Positions 50,896 through 61,843 are shown, numbered from the stretch's first letter. The stretch: 64,000 nucleotides of DNA from Candidatus Cloacimonadales bacterium (GCA_963677815.1 OY782499.1:202347-266346), one strand, 5' to 3'. Program-made: numbers and translations. The notes: a model not told the origin generated them from the letters alone.

Positions 50896-52572
50896 CTAAT
50901 CCATTAGTTCAAATTTAATATCCAGTTTAATCCCTTCCTCTTTTACCAAAATATCATTATATATTGGGAATTTGAGCTTATCAATAATCTTATCAAGTGA
51001 ATCTAGTTTAACATCAGAGAGAATAAGTACTAGCGCATCATCACCCCAAAAACCAACTTCATCATTATTTCTGGTATAAAACATGACAAGTTTAGAAATA
51101 TCTTTAAGTACCTGATTAACTGTCTCTTGAGGTATAATTTCATTACTAGTCAACATTATTTTCACAACTGCAACATCAGTACCCTTTTGAAGGTGCATAT
51201 CTTTATTCTTCTTGATGGCTGCTTTAATCTTATCTTTAGGAATAACCCCAAAGAAATATTCAATTTCTTGATAGTCATGAACTTTTTCGGATAATTGACT
51301 TACTTTTTCTTTTAACTCTTCCACCTCTTTATTAGCTTTCTTAAGCATAATTTCCTCTCTGACTTTTTGCTGACTTTCATATTTTGCTTGAATTTCAAAA
51401 AGGGTTTTCTCTTGTCTCTCTTGAATTAATAAATTAACATAGTCATGAGATTTTACCAGAGTTCGATAAGCTTCAGAATATTTATCCTCTTCATTATAGA
51501 TTTTTGAAATTAATTGCAATATTTTAAATTTTAGTGAATTTGTAGTATCTTCAGCTTCTATATCCTTAAAAGCTGAGTCAAGTACTTGCAAAGCTAGTTT
51601 ATACTTATTCTGTATTTCTAATGTTTCCCCTTGTAAGAATTTGATTTTTGCTGAGATAATTGGATACTCTTCAGACTTTAATAAGTTAAGAGCTCGATTT
51701 GATACTTCAATTACTTTGTCATAATTTTTCATCTTGAAATAAGTCAAAGCCATTTGATATTTTGTTCTTACCCTATGGTAAAGATATTTGTGATTAGATT
51801 GGTCAAGGTATCTTAGGGCTTCTTCGTAGAAAGGTATTGCTTGAGAATATTTATCATTCTTAAAATAAACTTTAGCTATCAAGGCATGTGTTTGTGACTT
51901 AAGAGGAATATCATTAAGCAGGACAGAAATTTCTAATGCTTTATTGAAATATCTCAAAGCTCGTTCAAAATTCCCTATATCAACAAACATTTTACCAATA
52001 TTGAGATTTGTTGTTGCTATCTTAGCTTTCAAATCATGCTTCTCTTGTAAATCCAATGCTTTAAAATATGTACTCATACTAAGGGCATAAGACTTGCATT
52101 TCCTGTAAGCTGTTCCTAAAGAATTATTTATATCAGCACATAATTCATCAATCTTTGTTTTATCATGACCTTTTATTTTATTGACAAATCCTAACGATAA
52201 TTTTAAGAAAGAGATAGCATTATTATAGTCACCAATCCTTGTATAGGTTTCTCCAACATTATGGGTAGCAACTACTAAATCATATTCATTATTACTTTGT
52301 TTAAAAATACCACAAGATAGACGAAACATATTAAGAGCACTTTTATAATCTATTTGTCCCCAATAATGAACTCCAAGTTCAATTAGAAGAGTCCCTTCTT
52401 CTCTAGGTAACTGCAAATCACTAGCAAGTTTTATGGCTTTGTTAAGATATATTTCAACATCTTTATGCCGGTCTTCTTGAATTAAATAAGCAATATATGT
52501 TTTTAAATTGTTTAGAGTAGTTACATTCTGTTGACCTTGATTTATTTTCTCTTCTAATTCTTTTATATTCAT
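50896..52572 (-). CDS. TPR-repeat protein with coiled coil and C-terminal degenerate GGDEF-like domain
   Basis: About 380 aa of TPR-like repeats are followed by a charged coiled-coil segment. The C-terminal ~130 aa carries GFWGDDALVLIL at the position of R-x-GGDEF-x-x-L; the GGDEF assignment is tentative. Confidence 0.6.
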   Translation of the reverse strand: MNIKELEEKINQGQQNVTTLNNLKTYIAYLIQEDRHKDVEIYLNKAIKLASDLQLPREEGTLLIELGVHYWGQIDYKSALNMFRLSCGIFKQSNNEYDLVVATHNVGETYTRIGDYNNAISFLKLSLGFVNKIKGHDKTKIDELCADINNSLGTAYRKCKSYALSMSTYFKALDLQEKHDLKAKIATTNLNIGKMFVDIGNFERALRYFNKALEISVLLNDIPLKSQTHALIAKVYFKNDKYSQAIPFYEEALRYLDQSNHKYLYHRVRTKYQMALTYFKMKNYDKVIEVSNRALNLLKSEEYPIISAKIKFLQGETLEIQNKYKLALQVLDSAFKDIEAEDTTNSLKFKILQLISKIYNEEDKYSEAYRTLVKSHDYVNLLIQERQEKTLFEIQAKYESQQKVREEIMLKKANKEVEELKEKVSQLSEKVHDYQEIEYFFGVIPKDKIKAAIKKNKDMHLQKGTDVAVVKIMLTSNEIIPQETVNQVLKDISKLVMFYTRNNDEVGFWGDDALVLILSDVKLDSLDKIIDKLKFPIYNDILVKEEGIKLDIKFELMD

Positions 52573-53228
52573 TATTTCACCATTCTTTTAATTTCTTTTA
52601 CTAATTTATTAATCCCTTGATAGACTTTAGCTAAGGAGGCATCATTCATAAAAGCAGGAGTTGAAACTATTAAATTTTTTCTATCTATAATAATTTCATC
52701 TGAGTCTATTGGATGAAGCTCTGCTTGAGTAAAATCAATTAATTTTTGAGATTCAGCTTTCAAACCAGTTGTAACTTCTATCTTTTTATCTTTAAATAAG
52801 ATTGCTAATATTGAAGGGAAAATACAAATTGCTCCAATAGGTTTAAAGGACTTGTGAAAGGCTAAAATCATATTTTTGACATCTTCCTTAACTTGCCAAT
52901 TACCATCCGCAGCTGGGAAATTAGTAAAATTCTTTAAAGCACCATAACCACCTGGGAGAATTAAAGCTTCATATTCAGAAACATTAAAATCTGCTAAAGC
53001 TTTAATATCACCTCTTGCTATACGAGCAGCTTCTTGTAAAATATTACGTTTTGTTTCAAATTCTTGACCGGTAATATGATCTATAGTATCATACTGTAGA
53101 CGATCTGGGGCAAATATATCGTATTCTATACCCTCTTGTGATAATGATAGAAGGCTATAAACTGCTTCAAATATCTCAGAGCCATCTCTATGCCCACACC
53201 CTGCTAACAATACACAATACTTTTTCAT
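52572..53228 (-). CDS. elbB: DJ-1/PfpI-family ElbB-like glyoxalase
   Basis: The N-terminus MKKYCVLLAGCGHRDGSEIFEAV, the ALILPGGYGALKNF block and the nucleophile elbow GAICIFP match the ElbB pattern. Confidence 0.8.
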   Translation of the reverse strand: MKKYCVLLAGCGHRDGSEIFEAVYSLLSLSQEGIEYDIFAPDRLQYDTIDHITGQEFETKRNILQEAARIARGDIKALADFNVSEYEALILPGGYGALKNFTNFPAADGNWQVKEDVKNMILAFHKSFKPIGAICIFPSILAILFKDKKIEVTTGLKAESQKLIDFTQAELHPIDSDEIIIDRKNLIVSTPAFMNDASLAKVYQGINKLVKEIKRMVK

Positions 53229-53374
53229 CTTATCCTCTCCTATAATCCCAAATAATTACTCGCATTATCAAAATTATTATTACTTAGCTTACTTGTCAAT
53301 AAAGAATTTTGGAGTCAGACTGAGAAAGAAAAAGAAACTGTTCAACTATCAATTTTTATAAAACAAAAAATAGT

Positions 53375-53402
53375 TTGACAGACTAATTTCTAAATATAAT
53401 AT
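53375..53402 (+). promoter_or_regulatory. candidate promoter of P3
   Basis: TTGACA (53375-53380) is followed by TATAAT after 14 nt or TAATAT after 16 nt, about 125 nt upstream of the ATG. Confidence 0.4.
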
Positions 53403-53526
53403 TGAATACATATAATTAGTATTGCTTTTATTGATGTGAGATTATTAATATCACCACTACAAAAATAATCTTACCCAATATCAATACAGGAGATTATAAC
53501 ACTAAGTGAAATAAAGGAGAAAATTT

Positions 53527-56500
53527 ATGAATAAAAAACTTGTTTTTTTGTTATTGTTTTTAGTAGCAACAATGAGTATTTTTTCATTAGACTACACAAT
53601 TGAACTAACAGACACTTATGGAGATGGTTGGAATGGTGGTTCTGTCACAGTTAATGTAAACGGTTCACCAGTACTTGAAGACTTAACAATAGGAGGTGGT
53701 TCCAGTGCTTCTTATTCTTTTACTGTAGTCAGTAATGACCTCATTGAGACCAGCTATACAGCTGGTAGTTGGTCTACTGAAAATGAATATCAAATTTTAA
53801 ATGAAAATAATGAAGTAGTTGCTGAATCAGGGCAAGGAGGAGCTACACCTGGAAATGTAAGTTACACTGTACCTCAAGTTATTGAAGGAACTCCTGATGC
53901 GCCTACTTTAACTTCACCAGTTGATGGAAGCAACAATATAGCAGTTGCAAGTAATTTGGAATGGACAATTGGTGAGAACACTAACACAGTAACATTATAT
54001 CTTGCTGATAATGCAGAATTTACTAATGCTATAATTATGGAGGAAAATGCAACATCCCCATACAGTTATAGTGGACTTGAAACAGGTACCTTATATTATT
54101 GGAAAGTAGTTGCTATTAACACTACAAATAGTCTTGAGACAGCTACTCAGGCTTCTTTCACAACGACATTATTTAGTGGAGACCAAGTAGTTTTTTCAGG
54201 TGATTATGTTGTAAATCAGGGGTTACCTATTGAACCATATTATGGCTATTCTGTTTCTCAATCTATCTACCCTGCAGATGAATTAAATATTGTGGATCAT
54301 ACTATTACAGAAATAACTTATCTTTTTAATCAGAACAGTGTGTTTACTGATAACATTATCATTTATATGGCTCATACTGAACTAACTACATTTGATAATT
54401 CTACAAGTTGGATCGATGAAGGATTGATAGAAGTATATAATGGAACATTAACAACTTCAACTGAAGACCCAAAAATTACAATTGAACTAGACTCACCTTT
54501 TGTATATAATAATGTAGATAACCTTTTAGTATGTGTTTTTGAAACCACTAGTGGTTATCATTCAGGTTCAGATGAGTTCTTAACATTCTCAGTTGCTGAA
54601 AATAGATCAATCCACTATAAAAGTGATTCAACTAATCCTAGCATAGTTGATTGGACTTCTTTAAGTGGAACTGCAAAAGCATATCTACCAGTTACAGCTT
54701 TTACTTTAGGTGAAATCCCTCAAAATCCAATCGCAACTCTTTCTGATACAGAATTAGACTTTGGTACTGTAGTTTTATATGAAACAGCTAATGATATAGT
54801 ATCTATTACTAATACAGGAGCAGGTACACTAAATATCACAGATATTACTATTACTGGTACAAATTCTGAAGACTTTGATTTTGACACAGACACAGAAGGT
54901 CCTTGGGCTCTTACAACTGGACAAGAGTTAGTAATACAAGTAGATTTCACACCACAAGCTGATGGTCCTAGATCTGCTAGTTTAGAAATAACAGATGACT
55001 TAGCTAGACAAGTTCATGAAATTGCTCTTTCAGGTACTGGTAATGATACTAATATCTATGAAATCACTATTCCTTATTCTCAAACATTTGAAAATGAGGA
55101 AGAAATCATGGGTTGGACAAGTGTTCTTAATTCAACTTCTTCCTCTGCAACTGCTGGAAGATATAATGGTAGTGCTAATAATGGTTCTTACTCTTATAGA
55201 GTCTATAATTCTAATGATACAAATACTACAGCTGAATTAATTTCGCCACTTGTTATTCCTGATATTAATGCTTACAGAATAAGATTCTGGGCAAAAAAAT
55301 CAAGTACAAACAACACTCAACCTCTTGTTGTAGGAAAATATAATCAAGATATGAATTCTTTTACTGCTATTAGTAGTGTTGAATTAACAACAACTTATCA
55401 AGAGTTTACTATTAATATGGTAAATTCTGCAAAAGCAAATGAAAGATTTGCCTTCCAGTTTTCATTCACTGGCACATATCAATCTATCTACATTGATGAT
55501 ATTATTTTAGAAGAAATCCCTCAAAATCCAATCGCAACTCTTTCTGACACAGAATTAGACTTTGGAACAGTTGATGTAGGTGAAACAGGGAGTGATTTAG
55601 TATCTATTTCGAACTCAGGGGCAGGAACTCTGAATATCACCAGTATTGATTTTTCAGGATCAGAAGCTGGAGATTTTGCTTACCAAACAGATACTGAAGG
55701 TCCTTGGGCTCTTACAACTGGACAAGAGCTCGTAATCCAAGTAGATTTCACACCTTCAGCTGATGGCCCTAGAAGTGGAAGTTTAGATATAACGGATGAC
55801 TTAGGAAGTAAGAGTAGACAGGTTAGTTCTGTAACTCTTACAGGTAACGGTTTTGTAATGCCTGTTGGAAATCATCACAATGACCCAATAATATTAACCT
55901 TAGCAGACGAAATTATCGAAAATGGTTCTACTACAATTTATGATACTTATTATGATTTTTGTTCATCTCAAACAGTTGTCTATAAGTTATCCCTTCCTAC
56001 AGAAAAACTAATGTCAGTATCTTTGGAAGGTACAGCTTGGGATACCAAACTCTATATATTTAACTCTTATGATCAAATCGATCAAGCAACATCAGCAAAC
56101 GATGCTTGGTATTATAATGATGATGAAAGTAATGCCGGACAAGGAGGTGCTAAATCTAAATCAAGAGATAGAGCTACTTGGTCAGAAATGCTTGAAACTC
56201 TTTCTCCAGCTGGTGATTATTACATCATTGTGACAGGTTATAACACTAACAACGGTGATTATACCATGACTATTAATACATCAGACTTACCAGTTCCTGG
56301 ACCTGCAACATCTCCTTCTCCTGCAAATGATGCTATTGATCAAGCTATTGATTTAACCCTTTCCTGGACTAACCCAGATTATACAGATTCAATTGATTTA
56401 TATTTTGGAACTCCAGGCAGCAAGTCATTAGCAAAAGTTCTTGATAATGTCCCAGCCGTTGAAGAGCATGAAGTTACAGGTTTAGCTCCAAGTACAGAAT

Positions 56501-58401
56501 ACAACTGGTATGTTGTATGTAGAAACACTTCAGGTGACACACCTGCTGAAAACATTGTAACATGGTCATTTACTACTATCGGATCAACCCCTGAAGCTGT
56601 GACCTATACAAGTCCTACTGATGCTGCTACTGACATTGAACTCAATAGTAGTTTAACCTGGCAAAGTTCAGCTAATGCAAGTGGCTATAAAGTATATCTT
56701 TCTGAAGATAATACTTTCACAGGTATCACTCCTGTAGAACATGCAACTACTTCTTATGCTCTCTCAGGTTTAGACTACGAAACTACCTACTACTGGAAAG
56801 TTGTTCCTTATAATATAGTGGGAGATGCAACTGATGGTATCTTAGTTTGGTCATTTACTACTATTCCTGATCCAACTATTCCAATGCCTGTAACAATCGA
56901 CTTCGAAGGTTCTACTGCTAATCCTGCAGCTATCACCTTAGAAAACTTCTTAATAGGAACAAATCAACATAATACTACTGGTAATGTTATGTATAAGAAT
57001 ATCTATAGCTCTTCATCAAATGGATATATCCAGTTCCAATCTATGAATAATATTACAGCTACTTCTGTGATTGCTTTAGATTATAGATTAACATTATGGT
57101 CTGCTGGTACTGTCGGTATCACTTCTGTTGACGGACATGACTACTTAACTATCTATGCTTCTACTGATGGAGGAGCAACATTTAATGTAGTTGATACAAT
57201 CAATGGCACAGATCATGTTGATACTGCTGATTTCACAACCTTTACAGCTGATATCTCTGCTTATGCTGGTCAATCAGTTATCTTCAGATTTGAAATGACA
57301 GATGATGAAGTTCATGATTCCTGGTTTGATATTGATAACATTCACTTCGGAAATGCTCCTCAAGTAACTATCAATCCTGGTGATGGTTCACCATCAGATC
57401 CTATAGTTTTAGAGGATGAAAATGTTGAGCTAGAATTCACTTCTCCAAATCCTGCAGGATTTTCTCTTCAGATCATAATGATTCCTTCTATCCCATCTAA
57501 TAATAGTGGATTACCTGCAAGTATGGAATCATTCCTATCAAGGACTTGGAGAGTAATATCTTCTGTAGAAAACCCAGGAACCTATAATATTACTTTTGAT
57601 TTAGCTGGATTAGGAATCACTAACTATGGTTTAGTCAGATTCTTTAAGAGAGCTGATAGTTCTCAAGCATGGGAAGATGTAATTAACTTAGGTGCTAGCT
57701 TGGCTTGGAACGGAAGTAAAGTAACTATTTCAGGTTTAGATTCTTTCTCAGAATTTGTCCCTGGTATAGATGAAACACTTCCTGTAACCTTGGCTTCATT
57801 TAATGCTGTTCAGACTACTAATAAATTTGCTCAGATAAACTGGGTAACAGCATCTGAATCAGAAGTTAATGGTTATAATCTCTTTAGAGGAGAAAATGAT
57901 AATCAAGACCAAGCCTTAAGAGTTACTGCAACTATGATTGAAGCAAGTAATTCACCTACAGGTGCAAGTTATTCATTTATTGATGATGAAGTTGAGATGA
58001 ATTCAAGCTATTACTATTGGTTACAAACTATTGATTTTGATGGAACTTCTGAAATGTTTGGTCCAATAACAATTAAAATATCTGAAGATAATAACCATGA
58101 TATTGAAGAAATACTTCTTGGAACTCAGCTTTTAGGAAACTATCCAAATCCATTTAACCCTTCTACTACTATATCTTTCTCAGTTGCTCAACCACAAGTA
58201 GTAACAATTGATGTTTATAACATTAAAGGACAGTTAGTAAGGAGAGTATTTAACGGCAAAATCGAAACACCTAATATCAAACAAAGTGTTGTTTGGAATG
58301 GTAAGGATAGCGATAATAAAGATGTTGCATCTGGAATTTATTTCACTGTTATGAAAACAGGAAACAAGAGCTTTACTAATAAGGCAATTCTTATGAAATA
58401 A
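53527..58401 (+). CDS. giant secreted multidomain surface protein P3 (paralogue of P1/P2) with T9SS type-A C-terminal sorting domain
   Basis: It has a signal peptide. The N-terminal YGDGWNGG module is ~75% identical to that of P2, and it carries the same Fn3-like, Ig-like and PPC-like modules. The C-terminus reads LPVTLASFNA...YYYWLQT followed by YPNPFNPSTTISFSV...VYNIKGQLVRRV...GIYFTVMK...KAILMK. Confidence 0.9.
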   Translation: MNKKLVFLLLFLVATMSIFSLDYTIELTDTYGDGWNGGSVTVNVNGSPVLEDLTIGGGSSASYSFTVVSNDLIETSYTAGSWSTENEYQILNENNEVVAESGQGGATPGNVSYTVPQVIEGTPDAPTLTSPVDGSNNIAVASNLEWTIGENTNTVTLYLADNAEFTNAIIMEENATSPYSYSGLETGTLYYWKVVAINTTNSLETATQASFTTTLFSGDQVVFSGDYVVNQGLPIEPYYGYSVSQSIYPADELNIVDHTITEITYLFNQNSVFTDNIIIYMAHTELTTFDNSTSWIDEGLIEVYNGTLTTSTEDPKITIELDSPFVYNNVDNLLVCVFETTSGYHSGSDEFLTFSVAENRSIHYKSDSTNPSIVDWTSLSGTAKAYLPVTAFTLGEIPQNPIATLSDTELDFGTVVLYETANDIVSITNTGAGTLNITDITITGTNSEDFDFDTDTEGPWALTTGQELVIQVDFTPQADGPRSASLEITDDLARQVHEIALSGTGNDTNIYEITIPYSQTFENEEEIMGWTSVLNSTSSSATAGRYNGSANNGSYSYRVYNSNDTNTTAELISPLVIPDINAYRIRFWAKKSSTNNTQPLVVGKYNQDMNSFTAISSVELTTTYQEFTINMVNSAKANERFAFQFSFTGTYQSIYIDDIILEEIPQNPIATLSDTELDFGTVDVGETGSDLVSISNSGAGTLNITSIDFSGSEAGDFAYQTDTEGPWALTTGQELVIQVDFTPSADGPRSGSLDITDDLGSKSRQVSSVTLTGNGFVMPVGNHHNDPIILTLADEIIENGSTTIYDTYYDFCSSQTVVYKLSLPTEKLMSVSLEGTAWDTKLYIFNSYDQIDQATSANDAWYYNDDESNAGQGGAKSKSRDRATWSEMLETLSPAGDYYIIVTGYNTNNGDYTMTINTSDLPVPGPATSPSPANDAIDQAIDLTLSWTNPDYTDSIDLYFGTPGSKSLAKVLDNVPAVEEHEVTGLAPSTEYNWYVVCRNTSGDTPAENIVTWSFTTIGSTPEAVTYTSPTDAATDIELNSSLTWQSSANASGYKVYLSEDNTFTGITPVEHATTSYALSGLDYETTYYWKVVPYNIVGDATDGILVWSFTTIPDPTIPMPVTIDFEGSTANPAAITLENFLIGTNQHNTTGNVMYKNIYSSSSNGYIQFQSMNNITATSVIALDYRLTLWSAGTVGITSVDGHDYLTIYASTDGGATFNVVDTINGTDHVDTADFTTFTADISAYAGQSVIFRFEMTDDEVHDSWFDIDNIHFGNAPQVTINPGDGSPSDPIVLEDENVELEFTSPNPAGFSLQIIMIPSIPSNNSGLPASMESFLSRTWRVISSVENPGTYNITFDLAGLGITNYGLVRFFKRADSSQAWEDVINLGASLAWNGSKVTISGLDSFSEFVPGIDETLPVTLASFNAVQTTNKFAQINWVTASESEVNGYNLFRGENDNQDQALRVTATMIEASNSPTGASYSFIDDEVEMNSSYYYWLQTIDFDGTSEMFGPITIKISEDNNHDIEEILLGTQLLGNYPNPFNPSTTISFSVAQPQVVTIDVYNIKGQLVRRVFNGKIETPNIKQSVVWNGKDSDNKDVASGIYFTVMKTGNKSFTNKAILMK

Positions 58402-58590
58402 TTGAACTTAACCCAGATGGTGCAGTAGAGCTTTAGAGAAGAGTGCAGATTCTTTTAGCAAAATAGCTTACAGAATTCGGACGCATATAATATATATATT
58501 CGGAGAAATTATGGAAGTTACTTTTGCAGAATAATATTGTGCTATTCACAAAGGTCTACTGCATTATTTGGTTAAACTTAACATAAAAGT

Positions 58591-58620
58591 AAGCCCTGCG
58601 ATTGCAGGGCTTTTTTTCTT
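58591..58620. terminator. bidirectional terminator (P3 on +, guaA on -)
   Basis: AGCCCTGC-gatt-GCAGGGCT followed by TTTTTTTC on the plus strand. Confidence 0.8.
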
Positions 58621-58644
58621 AAACTATATTATATTATTAATTTT

Positions 58645-60180
58645 CTATTCCCATTCTATTGTTGCAGGTGGTTTTGAGCTTATATCATAAACAACTCGAT
58701 TAACTCCTCTCACCTCATTAATGATTCTATTTGAAACTCTTTTTAAGAATTCATAAGGAAGTTCAGTCCAATCAGCAGTCATACCATCAGAAGAATTTAC
58801 TGCTCTTAATGCACAGACATTTTCATAAGTTCTTTCATCACCCATAACACCAACAGATTGTATTGGTAACAAGACAGCAAATGCCTGCCAAGTCTTATTA
58901 TATAAATCTTTATCTCTAAGTTCTGAGATAAATATGTGGTCTATATTCTGTAATAATTGAACCTTCTCAGGAGTAATATCACTGATAATTCTAACAGCTA
59001 AACCAGGTCCTGGGAAAGGATGTCTATCAACTAGAGTATTACCTAAACCAAGCTCTCTTCCCACATTACGAACTTCATCTTTGAAGAGTTCTCTAAGAGG
59101 TTCTACTAATTCCATATTCATTTTTTCGGGTAAACCACCCACATTATGATGTGATTTAATAGTAGCTGATGGACCTTTAAAAGAAACACTTTCAATTACA
59201 TCTGGATAAAGAGTACCCTGTGCTAGGAATTTTGCTTTTGGGAATTTTTTTGCTTCTCTATCGAATATTTCAATAAAAGTATTACCAATTATCTTCCTCT
59301 TTTGTTCAGGGTCAACTACTCCAGCTAGTTTTGACAAGAAAATATCTCCTGCTCTGACTGTATTGAGTTTAATACCGAAACCTTCACCAAAGATTCTTTC
59401 TACCTCTTCAACTTCATTTTTCCTAAGAAGTCCATTATCAACAAAAATTGGTATTAAATTATCTCCAATAGCTTTATAAAGAAGGGCACAAGCCACAGAA
59501 GAATCTACTCCGCCTGATAAACCTAAAATTACCTGATTATCTCCTACTTGTTCTTTAATTTGGGCAATAGCACCTTCAATGTAAGAAATTGATGTCCAAT
59601 CTTTCTTAAAACCTACTAAATCAATAAAATTATTAAGCATCTTATAGCCATTTTCTGTATGAACAACCTCTGGGTGGAATTGCAAGCAATATAGAGATTT
59701 ATTCTTATGTTTAATAGCTCCATATTCACAATTATCTGAATAAGCTAATCTTTCGAATTCTTCGCTAATATTATGGACTTTATCTCCATGACTCATCCAA
59801 ACAATCTCTTCCTCAGCTAATCCTTTAAAGATGTTATCATGATTGATTATCTTAAGTTTTGCATAACCAAATTCACGCTCGTTTGACTTATCAACTTTAT
59901 AACCTGATAAATGAGCTATCAATTGCATTCCATAACATACAGCAAACATTGGAAGATCTAATTCTAAAATTCTTTTGTCCGGAATAGGAGCATCCTCTGC
60001 ATATACACTGTAAGGGCTTCCTGAAAGAATTATCGCCTTGGGCTTCTTTTCTAAAACTTCTTGATAGGATATATTGAAAGGAACTATCTCACAATATACT
60101 TTCATTTTTCTGATTTGTTTAGCTATCAATTGGGTGTATTGAGACCCAAAATCTAATATCAAAAGCAACTCATGATTCAT
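58645..60180 (-). CDS. guaA: GMP synthase (glutamine-hydrolysing)
   Basis: Class-I amidotransferase Cys elbow is AVCYGMQ. PP-loop is GLSGGVDSSV. The conserved C-terminus is KPPATIEWE. Confidence 0.95.
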   Translation of the reverse strand: MNHELLLILDFGSQYTQLIAKQIRKMKVYCEIVPFNISYQEVLEKKPKAIILSGSPYSVYAEDAPIPDKRILELDLPMFAVCYGMQLIAHLSGYKVDKSNEREFGYAKLKIINHDNIFKGLAEEEIVWMSHGDKVHNISEEFERLAYSDNCEYGAIKHKNKSLYCLQFHPEVVHTENGYKMLNNFIDLVGFKKDWTSISYIEGAIAQIKEQVGDNQVILGLSGGVDSSVACALLYKAIGDNLIPIFVDNGLLRKNEVEEVERIFGEGFGIKLNTVRAGDIFLSKLAGVVDPEQKRKIIGNTFIEIFDREAKKFPKAKFLAQGTLYPDVIESVSFKGPSATIKSHHNVGGLPEKMNMELVEPLRELFKDEVRNVGRELGLGNTLVDRHPFPGPGLAVRIISDITPEKVQLLQNIDHIFISELRDKDLYNKTWQAFAVLLPIQSVGVMGDERTYENVCALRAVNSSDGMTADWTELPYEFLKRVSNRIINEVRGVNRVVYDISSKPPATIEWE

Positions 60181-60205
60181 CTATATTCTCCTGTTAATTA
60201 AATTA

Positions 60206-60844
60206 CTATATTCTTGAAGCCAAGCCTATAAAAGGATTTTCTAACTTTTCTCTATCTATTGAAGTGAAACCACCATGTCCTGGAATAACAATTGTCTCAT
60301 CTGGGAGGACAAAAAGCTTATCCTTGATAGAATTTTCTAGTTTTTCAAAAGAACCACCTGGGAAATCAGTTCTTCCTACACTTAACTGAAAAAGAGTATC
60401 TCCACTTATTAAAATACCTTGTCCATATAAGGAAATTCCACCCTCTGTATGACCTGGTGTATGAATTACTTTTAAATCTATCTTACCTAGTTTTACAATA
60501 TCTCCCTCTTGCAAAATGACATCTGCAGCAGGAGATACTATATCTTGCCCCATAAAAGCACTTAAATTCTTCTTACTATCAATAAGTTTATCTTTATCAG
60601 CTTGATGAATCAGGATAGGACAAGCAAATTTACTCTTAAAATATTCATTGCCACCAATGTGATCAGCATGTCCATGAGTATTAAGAATAGCTGTTACTTT
60701 TAAATTCATTTTAACTATTTCTTTGTAAAGGACATCAGAGGGGCTACCTGGATCTATCAAAATAGCTTCTTTACTTTCCTCATCCCATACTAATATGGTA
60801 TTAGTTCCATATTCTGGTAAAATATTATAAACTTTATATTTCAT
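60206..60844 (-). CDS. MBL-fold metallo-hydrolase (GloB-like)
   Basis: Motif NTHGHADHIGG (HxHxDH) is present, with downstream HTPGHTEG and D..F residues. Confidence 0.85.
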   Translation of the reverse strand: MKYKVYNILPEYGTNTILVWDEESKEAILIDPGSPSDVLYKEIVKMNLKVTAILNTHGHADHIGGNEYFKSKFACPILIHQADKDKLIDSKKNLSAFMGQDIVSPAADVILQEGDIVKLGKIDLKVIHTPGHTEGGISLYGQGILISGDTLFQLSVGRTDFPGGSFEKLENSIKDKLFVLPDETIVIPGHGGFTSIDREKLENPFIGLASRI

Positions 60845-60853
60845 TATTTCCCT

Positions 60854-61843
60854 CTATCTATTAATTAACATTTTATCCAACTCTTCCCTAGGAAGAGGTG
60901 AAACTTCAAAACTTGTGTTTAAATTAAACTTTCTGCCGTATTCTACCTTTGCAGTAGGACTTTTCAATTTATTGATATAAGTAAGTATGACTCTTCCTGC
61001 TATCTTTAACTCAGCGTCGGAAACATCCTCGCCTAAGATAACTCCTAATGGACCTGCTATATCAGAAGCTTTAATGACTATTTCATCAGCAAGTTTTGGG
61101 GTAATATAATCGCTTTCAAATCTTGTTCGAGTAACTATTAGAAGAAGCTTTTCAGATATTCTAACCCTTCTTCCTTGTTGAAGAAAACGAAGATAGTAAG
61201 GAGTTAATTGGTCATGTTTAAGTAAATCTGCAACCTTCTGTGACACCTGTTTATCTGTAAGTAAACATCCCCCACCTGGCATTTCGAAATCCTTAAGTCC
61301 ATACTCTTCAGCCAAGGCTAACTGACGATATCTTCCTCTTCCATGAATATCCAGTAATTCATCCTTATCAACCCAACCTTCTGTTATTGGCTTGGTATCT
61401 GTTAAGTATTTCTGACAAAGAGGTCTCACTAATAGCTCCTTAACTCCACTCAATTTAGCTACTGCATTCATAGAGTCTGGTCTTTGAGACATAGGTCTCT
61501 GCCCCATAACTTCTCCTGATATTATGAAATCTGCTTGAAATTTCTCTAACATTTCTGCAGCCTTACGAAACATTAATCCGTGACAATCAATACATGGATT
61601 CATGTGTTTACCAAAACCATATCTTGGATTCTTCAAAACTTCAATCAAATCTGAAGTAATATCAATAACTTCTATCTTTATTCCTGCAACTTTTGCTGCA
61701 TGTTTTGCTTTATTAGCTGGATAAAAAGGACTCTCGAAAAATATAGGCACGACTTCATATCCTAATTTTTGCATGTGCAATACAGCTAAAATGCTATCTA
61801 ATCCCCCTGAAAAAAGGGCTATTGCTTTGTGTTTCCTAATCAT
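60854..61843 (-). CDS. PP-loop ATP pyrophosphatase, ThiI/MnmA-like tRNA sulfurtransferase family (no THUMP domain)
   Basis: PP-loop is ALFSGGLDS. NPCIDCH and ISGEVMGQRPMSQ blocks resemble the ThiI/MnmA adenylation domains. The exact function is not resolved. Confidence 0.6.
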   Translation of the reverse strand: MIRKHKAIALFSGGLDSILAVLHMQKLGYEVVPIFFESPFYPANKAKHAAKVAGIKIEVIDITSDLIEVLKNPRYGFGKHMNPCIDCHGLMFRKAAEMLEKFQADFIISGEVMGQRPMSQRPDSMNAVAKLSGVKELLVRPLCQKYLTDTKPITEGWVDKDELLDIHGRGRYRQLALAEEYGLKDFEMPGGGCLLTDKQVSQKVADLLKHDQLTPYYLRFLQQGRRVRISEKLLLIVTRTRFESDYITPKLADEIVIKASDIAGPLGVILGEDVSDAELKIAGRVILTYINKLKSPTAKVEYGRKFNLNTSFEVSPLPREELDKMLINR

